DNA of 64,000 nucleotides, from the NCBI RefSeq assembly GCF_009914755.1, contig NC_060937.1. One strand, 5' to 3'. Every line of letters starts with the position of its first letter. Within the stretch, counting starts at the first letter, position 1. Below are positions 52,874 through 64,000 of the stretch, piece after piece. The DNA is from the human T2T-CHM13v2.0 reference genome, Homo sapiens. The notes under the pieces are model-generated. The model was not told where the DNA came from, made no database searches, and worked only from the letters and a program-made list of their open reading frames with translations. Both the position numbers and the translations under genes were made by a program.

Positions 52874-53155
52874 TATTTAGTGGGCAACTATCTGCAAGGC
52901 TCAATTTACAGGAACTAGAGGGACACAATGCTGAGAAAATAAAAAGCAGAATCTGTGCTCCAAGGACACAGTCTGGTGAAGAGTATAAGCATGTATACAA
53001 ATACTTTGAATTTCAACAGAGACTCTGGTGAGTGCTAAAATAAAAACTATTGCAAAGTGCAATGAAAACAACGGGAGTAATAAGAGTCTCATTTCAGGAC
53101 ATGAGGAAGAGATGTGAAAGAGAGGTGAGTGTTTCAGGAAGAGGGAAGAATGTAT
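52874..53155 (-). repeat. Duplicated L2 segment, copy A (derived)
   Basis: Colinear direct-orientation match to 55855-56138. Confidence 0.9.
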
Positions 53156-55114
53156 CCTTCCCCCTGGAAGGATGGCAAATTATTCCCTTTTAAATTTAGC
53201 ATATTTCATTTAATCATACCGTCAGAGAAACAACAAGGGTTCAAATCATATCTGCTTAACTTGAATCCATAGATTCAAAATTGTAATGTCTACATACACT
53301 AACTTTCCTCTTTTAATGTTAAACTGAGTCATATTTTAATCTTTTGAATTCCAAACCACTACAGAATTCAAGCTACATCGAGTATCTAACCTCATTTTTA
53401 AATGACATGATTGATGGCTGTTTTCTAATTTGGAAAAATGCAACTTGCTCTTCCTCTTAGGTGTCAAGGTTGGAGGGACCTTTTATTTGTCAGGATGATA
53501 AACTTTGTATGCAAAAGGTTACAAAGGAAGAAGCAGATTGGTGGTTTCACATTTAATCTAATTTAACACAAACATAGTTACATGTACAAAAGTCTGAAAT
53601 GGAAATATATTATAATTATGGTCCTGTTGTTTTGGATTGTGTTTCCAAGGGCTAAGAAAAAAAAAAAAAAAAACAAACAGAAGAATCCATTGACTTTAGG
53701 GAAGGGATATAATTGGGCATGGAGGTCAATAAAGGAGCAAAACTTTGAGACTTATTTACATGTGTGTCTTTTTACTATCCTATCTAGACCTAGAGTTTCT
53801 GATTCTTGCATTACAATTGGGTTAACACAGTAATCACGAAGAATCAAAACCCCTTGTTTTCCTCCTTCTGGGTTTGTTTCTTGTTTTTTTCTTTAATTGG
53901 ATTCACTTGTTTTTCAAAAGGACCATACTTCACATAGATGGAGTTTGCTAGCCTTTGGCACCAACAATCTGTCACGTAGATTCCAGATCAACTATAGGAA
54001 ATTTGTCATAGAAGTCATGGGAGAATTGCTGGTGAATGGTTGCCGCTTCTGTTGACATCTGTGCCTTTCCCTAGTAAGGCTTTTGATTTCAAGATGAGAG
54101 ATACTGGATTTCCTTAAATCAAATTTTCTTAGAGCCAGGAAACTCAGGAAAAAATAAAATTCTAAATTATAGATGCAATAATCTTATGACATAGGTGCAT
54201 TAACTTCATTTTAGATTTAAAGAATTTCAAGTGCTTTAAATAGTTAATAGCTAGTAAATGGCAGAGCTGAGATTCTAGCTGTGGTGTATTGGATGTGAAT
54301 AATCAGGTAAGGCAATTTGTTTATCTGATATCTATCATTCAGCCTTTATATCAATCATGTATAAATACACTATTATAACAAGTCAGCTGTATTATACATA
54401 CACCATATAGTTTTTCATATTATATATATATTTATATTATATAGCATTATATGTAATAAAATCATATGGAAAACCAAGATCAACCTTAAAAATTGAGAAC
54501 AACAAAAACGACATGAGCTGCGATTATTCAACATTAGCTGACTAGATTTGAAATGGAAGCAGTATAATTTCACCTTAAGGCTGTATGTTCCTGGACACTA
54601 TTTTGACTGTAGCCAGCACGTGGTTTGGGGCTAAATAGAGCAGAAAGTGTTATAGACTAGGGACAAATGCAAGGAATCAGTGAGAAGAGGGAGTGCTCTG
54701 AAAACCCAGCAGAGCAGCCCTCAGGAGCAGGAGCACACCTCCCCGGGCCTTCAGGTCCCAGCTTCCCAAGAAGTGTCAGTCATGGCTGGAGGGACAAAGT
54801 GTGATTAATATCCTGGTTGACACCTTGACACCTTGTTAAGCTGAATCAACTTTAGTCAACTCAGGACTTCATTTGAAGATTGAATCACTTTCCTACTAAA
54901 TTCATGTGTTCTCTAGGAACTGCTTGGCTTCCCAGCAATGATTCCACAGAACGTGTAGAAGTAGGAGCAAGTTCCACGAGGTGTACTTCATGGCCTCCTT
55001 GCTGCCTGGCACCACCCCAAAGTTGCTGATATGGGACAGAAATGACCTCTATGGAAGGTTGGCCTTGCCTACACACACATCTTCCCTCCCATAATATCAA
55101 CTAGTGAACCAGTG

Positions 55115-55335
55115 TGCAGCACCAGGAGTCAGCCTGGCTGGACTGAAAGCCCACCTCTGCCATTTAGAGGCTGTGTGACTTCGAGCAAGTTACATAAACA
55201 CTGTCTTAGTTTCCTCATCTGTAAAATCATGGGGAAGGTAATAATAAATGTAAAAGTTGTCACATAATTAAGTAACACGTGGTAAGCTTTAGAAGACTGT
55301 GACTAATGCATAAGCCCTCAAAATATGTCTGTGAT
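55115..55335 (+). mobile_element. MIR relic
   Basis: CCCACCTCTGCCATTTA...GCTGTGTGACTTCGAGCAAGTTAC...TTAGTTTCCTCATCTGTAAAAT. Confidence 0.8.
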
Positions 55336-55849
55336 TAATATGTGCAGGCTTTACAGAATATTCCCTCTAAAAGTTGCAATATCCTACACATTGGTAGCAT
55401 GAAGAATCTTATATTCTCTTAGTAAATTCCAGATGCCGTTTTCCAAAATATACAAGAATCTTGGTAAAATCCGAATGTCATTTTCAAGTAAAATATTTGT
55501 TACTCTCTTCTTAAAACATTTATTATCTTTTGGAATTTGATAATGAAGATAAGTAAAATAAATTGTTCTCTGTATTACCTAACCCAGTAGTAGTAGAAAC
55601 AACTTAATAATTGTCATTATATAAGTTACATATACAAAGTTTTGGTGCAAAACTTTAAAAAAGCCATCCTTTATATATATTACTTCTCATCATATCACCC
55701 AAAATTTCAATCATAATACTTTCAAGTATTTTCCTACAATGTAGAAGAATAGTATTCAAAGAGTTTGTAATTTAATTGCATGGAAAAGGTATGTATGACT
55801 GAAAGTTAACTATTAATACTGACAACGGTTCAACAGATGTTAGATTTCA

Positions 55850-56625
55850 AGAGATATTTAGTGAGCATCTATCTGCAAGGCACAATTTATAGTAACTATG
55901 GAGACACAAAGCTGAGAAAATAAACAAGAGAATCTGTGCTCCAAGGACTCACAGTCTGGTGAAGTATACAGGCATGTAAACAAATACTTCTAATTTCAAG
56001 AGAGACCCTGGCCAATGCTAAAACAAAAGCTATTGCAAAGTGCAATAGAAGCAATAGGAATAGTAAGAGTCTTGCTTCAGGATATGAGGAAGAGACGTGA
56101 AAGAGAGAGGAGTGTTTCAGAAAGAGGGAAGAATGTATACAAGAGCGCAGGAACAGAGATGTCCAGGGTAGGCGTGGCTTCTCCAATGGGAAGCGCATAA
56201 GGGAAAATGATGGCAAAGACACAGCCATGGCATGGTGGCTCACGCCTGTAATCCCAGCACTTTGAGAGATTGAGGTGGCTGGATTATTTGAGGTCAGGAG
56301 TTCGAGATCAGCCTGGCCAACATGGTGAGACCCTGTCTGTCCTAAAAATACAAAAATTAGCCGGGCGGGGTGGCATATGACTGTAATCCCAGCTACTTGC
56401 GAGGCCAAGGTGGGAGAACTGCTTGAACCTGGGAGGTGGAATTGTAGTGAGCAGAGGTCATGCCACGGCACTCCAGCCTGGGCAGCACAGTGAGACTCCC
56501 AAGACAGAGCCACTGTGCAGACGGCTTTTATGTAACAAACTCAGGAGGGCTGATGTGATGCAAAATGAAGGAGGGAATCGTTGAAGGTGTTTAATCAGAA
56601 CAGCGGCATAATCAGTTATGTTTGG
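55850..56625 (-). mobile_element. L2 relic (contains duplicated segment copy B at 55855-56138 and an Alu)
   Basis: ATATTTAGTGAGCATCTA L2 3'-end motif...CTCCAAGGACTCACAGTCTGGTG; L2-like sequence continues after the Alu (GTTGAAGGTGTTTAATCAG...ATAATCAG). Confidence 0.7.
56228..56500 (+). mobile_element. AluS-type SINE lacking a poly(A) tail
   Basis: Both arms present; ends GTGAGACTCCC with no GTCTC-A(n); flanked by AAGACACAGCCA (56216-56227) and AAGACAGAGCCA (56501-56512). Confidence 0.93.
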
Positions 56626-56659
56626 GGGTGTATAACTCAAGCACAGCAGGCAGCAAAGA

Positions 56660-56835
56660 GTACAGAAAAAATATATGAGTCAGAAAATCTGAGTTCTGGC
56701 CTTAGTTCTTGCATTCTTTGTGACCCTGGCTTGAATCTCTCTAGGGCTCCAAATGGGATAATCATCCCTTCCCTACCTTCCTCCAAGGGCTCTGGTGAGA
56801 ATGAATTAGTGATAAAGTCAGGTATGATGATTAGG
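56660..56835 (+). mobile_element. MIR relic
   Basis: GAGTCAGAAAATCTGAGTTC...TTTGTGACCCTGG...AATCTCTCT...AAATGGGATAAT...GTGAGAATGAATTAG. Confidence 0.65.
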
Positions 56836-58594
56836 GTCACCATGTGGTAGGTGAAGACAGCAGGCCGAGGAGCTTTTAGGACCATATTTACAAAGTAAAT
56901 ATGAGCAATGAGGACCCAAGCTGGGAAAAGCAAAAGAACAGGTTGTCAAAGGATTATGCTACTTTTGTTTCCCCTATTCTCAGATAATGTATTCATTCAT
57001 TATGTTTTTTTAAATTTACCCAATAGTAGAGTTTTGTGGTGGAAGCTGTTAACCCCACCTAAAAAGTAACACTTTTGTAGAAATTTCCACCGCTTCCTGA
57101 TATCTGACTAACAGTGACATGACAGCAGACACCACTTAAGTACTTTTATGCTTAAATCTTTCCCCTGCAATTCCATTAGAAAGTTATTTTTACCCTATTA
57201 AAAATGAGAATGCATATGAATAAATCATATCATATAGCACAATACTGTGTTATCTGAATTTCTATCTTGAATCTATGAAACATATATAGTCTTTAATGTA
57301 TTCTATTTCTTATAGCACTTAAACTTTGGCCCCAATTTCTTTGAACTTCTTTTCTAACAATTGGTAATTGTCATCTTACTATTAGAATGCACAAAAGTCT
57401 TCCAGCACCTGTATTCTTTTCTCTCCCCCTTTACAACTTCTAAACCTTGCCATAGGCCTTTATTAATGGTTCTTCAGAGGGGAATCTGTCTCCAATGTCA
57501 AGCTCTGAGTCTCACATACAATGCCGGTCTGTGCTTCTTGAACACGCTAACAGGCAGACCCTTTCTTCCCAATGGAATCTGTCAAAGAGACATACGTCTC
57601 TTAAGCATCATTAGGGAGCTATCTCTACCAGCTGAAGCTGCAGTTGTCTAGGTTTCTGTTTCTTTTATAGTGATCCTATTCTTATCCCAAGAGGCTAGAT
57701 CTTTTCCTGTATCACTTGACTAATTGTACAACAATTCTACCAGCTCCGAGGTTACGCTGTCCATCTCAGGGCTTCTAGGATTCCCGTAAAGAACAACTGA
57801 GGACTTCTTCCTTTACATCTTGGGGTAAAATAAATACTCAGGACTTATTTCATCTAGAAAATATGCAAAAATAAAAGATTTTTCAGCCTTCTGACAATCT
57901 AAATTCAAGAAAGGTATTATAGCTTTTGAAATGTACAATTTCACAACATTGATAAATGTCCTCGGTGGAGACCTATCGCTCATTTTCCATTCCCTGCACA
58001 TTTCATTATTACAACGTAAATTGGCAGTTGATTATTACTACTTTATTACCCTGTATGATTTCCTGAAGTGCAGGAGACAGAAAGTCCACTATAAAAATAC
58101 CCATGAAATTTGTATCCCACCCCTTGATGCCACTCATTGATTTGTCTTTCTTTTATCCAGCCCCATTTGGTTTCACCTTTCTGCACAGCAAACTCAATCA
58201 CACATAAGGGTACAGGCCTGTGCACACACAGAGGCAAGTTCAAACTCTGGAATAGTACCCTTCCAGAGATTAAGAAAAATACTGTGAAGTCCCCCGTCTT
58301 CAGTCCCTTCTCTCTTCAAGTAAAAAAAAAAAAAAAAAAAGAAAGAAAGAGAGAAATTAAACCAGGAGAGGTGGAGAGATTTTCTAAATTTTAGTCCTAC
58401 AGCTTATATTATCTGTCTCTTTTTACTACACCATCCCTCAATTCTTAGATAAACGGAGGAAGAAGTATCTATGTACTTTGAATGCATTCTGAAGACACAA
58501 ACTCCTGATCTAAGTAGACAGAGACTAGCCTGATTATTTGATATACATGTATCTGGCCAATATACTATCTGTCAAAGCCTAATATAAATGCTAT

Positions 58595-59000
58595 CTTATT
58601 CCACAAACATTTACTATGGACATTTATTATACTGCAGGAATTTTGTTAGTTGTTGGGGATACAATGATAAATAGGTCAAGATCTTTTCCTTATTAGAGGT
58701 CTCATTGTAGGGGGAGGAGATCCACACATTAAAATGATAACTCTATCATCCATCATGCAAAGTGAATCATCATGAAATATAAGTGCTTTAACAGTTATTG
58801 ATGAGGTGTCCTGGGAATCCATAGGTCAGAATGATTAAGGGAGGTGTTAGTGAAACCATCACAGGGGAGGCAACAAAATAATTGGCCTTTAAAGAATGGA
58901 TAGCCTTTACCAGGTGGATAAGGGCATTTCGGGGAAGGGAAGCAGAATGAGCAAGAACTCAGAGACACAAAAGTATATGGTTATTTGGGAATAGATATTA
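58595..59000 (-). mobile_element. L2 relic
   Basis: TATTCCACAAACATTTACT...TGTTGGGGATACAATGATAAATA...CTTTAAAGAATGGATAG...GGGAAGCAGAATGAGCAA. Confidence 0.7.
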
Positions 59001-59586
59001 GAGGAATACCTAAACACCAGTACACAGGGAAATAGGCAAACAAGTGATGAAGACTGCAATGTAGTTTAGATTCTAATGAACCTAGATTTCGTCTTGTAGC
59101 TGCAATCTTTCCCACTAGAAATGACCTTTTCTTTCTCTAATTTCCCTTCGCAGATTATACGTTATTTGCTATACTGCTGGTGTAAAATCATTTGTTTGTC
59201 TTATCTATTCTAAAGAATATAAACACATAAAGAGAGAATCTACTGATTATTTTCTGTGTCATCATTATATTTAAACCAGGGCTATAAATATATAGACAGT
59301 AAAAAATTATGTATGTCAAATAAACGGTGTTTCTTGCTTCTGCATTATAGAGATAATGCTCTTGATAACTTCATTAAAATGCATGTGACTTTAAGTGTTT
59401 CTTCTAATGAAAATAAGAAAGTTTCATCTAATTGCTTCAAGATGATGCTACCGTCGAAGACCTAAGAAAAATGGGAGCTATGTTTCAAAATGCGAACCTG
59501 GGGTTAGTGTTACCAAGCACACTGTCTTCCTACTGAATCTTCAAACAAACCTGAAGCATCCAGCAGTCATAAAATTTCATCTCACT

Positions 59587-59964
<378 letters not shown>

Positions 59965-60514
59965 TTAAAAGGTTTACTTAGAATAAGGTTAAATATAACC
60001 ATAACTAAACCTAAGTGTGGCTTGGTGATACACAGGCAGAAATAGCACTAAATAAACAACAGAATAATATCACTTCTGACTTTTATGTCGTGCTGACAAA
60101 AGCAGCAGCTGACAATGAATGTTAGAACTGATGTGTCAGCAGAAGATGCTGAACGCACTAAATCCTAACGCATCACAGGTTAAGATGGCTTTATGCCAGA
60201 AGTATATTCTTCCCTTATAGGATTTTTTTTTTATATTTCCAAATTTTATTTCACACAGGCCATCCCAGGAAATCAAGATCTTACTTGCCATGAAAGTGAT
60301 GTGAAACACAGCCAAATTCAAAACAATGAGGGTCTCATCCTGAGGAATATCTGAACACCAGTAGACTGGGAAATCAAGGGGTAAAGAATGATGAAGTGAC
60401 AGAAGACCCCGTACTGAAGGCCCTAGACTCGAGGAGGGAAGTTTGGGGAGAGTCTTGGGAATGAGTTCAAGGCCCTCAGTTTGCAGTTTATTTTCACAAG
60501 TCATCTTCAAGGCA

Positions 60515-60610
60515 GTCATTCTTGTCCCCATCTTACAAATGAGCCTTCAAGGCTCAGAAGAATTAAGTAACTTGCCTAAAATTACTCTTTAATAAGTGGC
60601 AGGCAGATGT
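60515..60610 (-). mobile_element. MIR relic
   Basis: CCCCATCTTACAAATGAG...AGGCTCAGA..AATTAAGTAACTTGCCTAA. Confidence 0.75.
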
Positions 60611-61199
60611 ACCTTCAACTCTTTGTCTATGAGCTTCAATCATCTTAATGATCATCTGTCAGAGCCTTCATTCCTCACCCACTTTCACCATGTTTTCTAG
60701 TTCTTGGTCAGTCCTTCTAATGGCAAAGAATAGAGAAAGCATTTGAGTTTCAATTAAAAGTTGTAATTTCTATCTCAACGTTTAAAGCCATGCTTTTAAC
60801 TCAGTCATAACATTCTGGTAATAAGAAATCGACATTGATTTCCTCATTTCTTTTTCTTTTCCTTACACGTTTTCTCTTTCTTTCTTTTTCATAACTTCTT
60901 CATGACCAGATGTCCCAGAAGACTGTAAAAACAAGAATAATAAGAAGAACATTGGCAGATGGAACAAGGAGCAAAAAAAATTCCTTATCTTTATTCTTCA
61001 TTAATATCCTTGTCTTTATTCTTAGTTAATATCTAAATTGTGCCAGTAACAAATAATGTTGGGGCACATTTCCCACAGAGAAGAGCTATGCTGGGTATGG
61101 TATTTTCTCTATAATAGACACTCTTCCTGGAACTGTCAGGTCAGCCACCATCAACTAGTTTTTTCATCTAAAGATCAGTGAACATCAATGTCTTACTTT

Positions 61200-61740
61200 A
61201 CAGCTCCATAACCTGTTGCCCATCAAAACCTGTTGCCCATTCCTTTCTCAAAATGTTTCCTCTCTTGGCCTCCACCTATTTTTTGTTGGTTTGTTTGTTG
61301 GTTTGTTTTGCCACCTCTACCTTTGGGGGCTTGTCTTCTGTGAAATCTCTAAATGTTGGAGTTGACATAACTGGGTCATTGACACTCCGTAAAATAGAAG
61401 ATCTCACTTGACTCTTAGGGCTTGAATTATCATCATATAACACATTTCTAAATTTGTATTCCTAATTTGTATTAGACACAAAAATGCGACTTACCATTCT
61501 GTATTTCCTCATAGATGACACACAAATGCACTAGTTTTACCTAATGAATCTTAATGTTGGACTTTCGTCCCTAAATCTGCTTCATCTTCCTTGTTTCTTC
61601 AAGGAACAAGGAACAACTTCCTTGTTACATCAGTAAATGGCATCTTTCACCCCACTGCTCCTGACAGCAGTGTAAGAATCCCACAAACTTCACTCTAGTC
61701 CACGTCTGATCAAGCACCAAGTCCCCAATTTACCAAGACT
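61200..61740 (+). mobile_element. L2 relic
   Basis: CTCTAAATGTTGGAG...GATCTCACTTGACTC...CCCTAAATCTGCTTC...CAGTAAATGGCATC...CAAGCACCAAGTCC. Confidence 0.55.
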
Positions 61741-62204
61741 TAGAAGCCAATCAGAGTTAGGGTTTTTTTTTTCCACGTTTAAAATATCTGGATGTAGACA
61801 AGGTTGGCATCAGATGAATGGCTTGACAATATCAGGACCAGCATCCCTCATTCTTGTTACCTTTTTTGCAAGCTGGTTTCCCTACTGTTGACATCATATA
61901 CCTGTGACAAGCAAGAATAAGTGGAAAGACATCACTAACTTCTCTGTAGGTTTGATCAGGAAAACAAAATTTTTTCAGAATTTCCACAGTAGATTTCTGC
62001 CTATGTTCCCTGAGCTGGAACTTATTGCTCTCTCCTTCTTTCACAGCTGCAAGGGAGCCATGAATAGGCAGTGAAGAAGAATGCACAGTCAGCCAATCTA
62101 GAGCACAGGTGGATAAGCATCAGGGAGATGCCAGGTCTATACCAGATCTCTACAAGGAAAAAGCTTCATCTTCTTTTCCTTTTGGAAGGTCAGGTTTTAT
62201 ATAC

Positions 62205-62605
62205 TGTCCAGCCATGCAGGGTGTCCTCCTTTTATTTGCCTTCCAGACCTACTCTCTGCCCTTCTCACCCTGTTCTGTACCTTTGGAGTCTGACTACTGG
62301 GATTCGTGGAGGGTGCAGTAGGAAGCAGAGAGGAGCCTGCAGGATTCCTGACAGCAGTGAGCAGGAGAGATCTGGGTATTTACTTCCAGCTCCCTCCACA
62401 GTGGGCCTGAGCTAACAACCATTGCTTTTCTCTGCTGTTTCTGCCAGGCAGCCCTCTCCTACAGTTAAGCTTTCTTCAGGTGTTGGTAGCTGTTCTGTCT
62501 CCTTGCCCCTCAGGCCAAGAGGTGGTGACGACACACCCTGCCCTGTTTTTGGCTGATGGTGCAGTTTGGCACCCCATATGCCTTTCCCTTAACAGTACCT
62601 ATGTC
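62205..62605 (+). mobile_element. LTR33-like ERVL LTR, cut by the L1 insertion
   Basis: GGGTATTTA.TTCC.GCTCCCTCC...GGCAGCCCTCTCCTACAG...CCTTGCCCCTCAGGCC.AG.GGTGGT.AC...TTTCCCTTAAC landmarks. Confidence 0.65.

Positions 62606-64000
<1,395 letters not shown>

Noticed and set aside
55896-56513. 205-aa ORF with an apparent paralogue at 52901-53092
   Set aside because: Antisense Alu plus L2 sequence; the similarity comes from the DNA duplication and frames are not preserved between copies.
58322-58355. Poly(A) run as a processed-pseudogene tail
   Set aside because: No upstream polyadenylation signal at the expected distance, no recognisable mRNA body and no TSD found; the same applies to the A run at about 53657-53673.

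Overview
AT-rich, CpG-depleted primate (most likely human) non-coding genomic DNA, either intergenic or deep intronic. I cannot identify the locus. I found no protein-coding gene, RNA gene, CpG island or CRISPR-like array. The long ORFs in the track are translations of Alu, L1, LTR or low-complexity sequence. The window is a mosaic of about 12 Alus (J/S/Y), several L1s (L1PA, L1PB, L1MC and an ORF1-only HAL1-like relic), MaLR/ERVL LTR elements (one complete THE1-type LTR-int-LTR, solo THE1, MSTB, MLT2A, MLT1, LTR33, MER74-like), hAT DNA transposons (MER5A, MER102, MER107-like), MIR/L2 relics and microsatellites. All family calls are from remembered consensus sequences, not a database search. 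I see no evidence for a new biological system. The features worth a second look are structural or regulatory: a local ~283-bp duplication of an L2 relic, an L1 nested in an L1 with two TSD pairs, a 5'-inverted (twin-primed) L1, a TSD-flanked Alu with no poly(A) tail, a palindromic insertion inside an Alu, a near-consensus AluY that may be polymorphic, and several motif-dense unique segments and splice-site pairs that could be enhancers or lncRNA exons.
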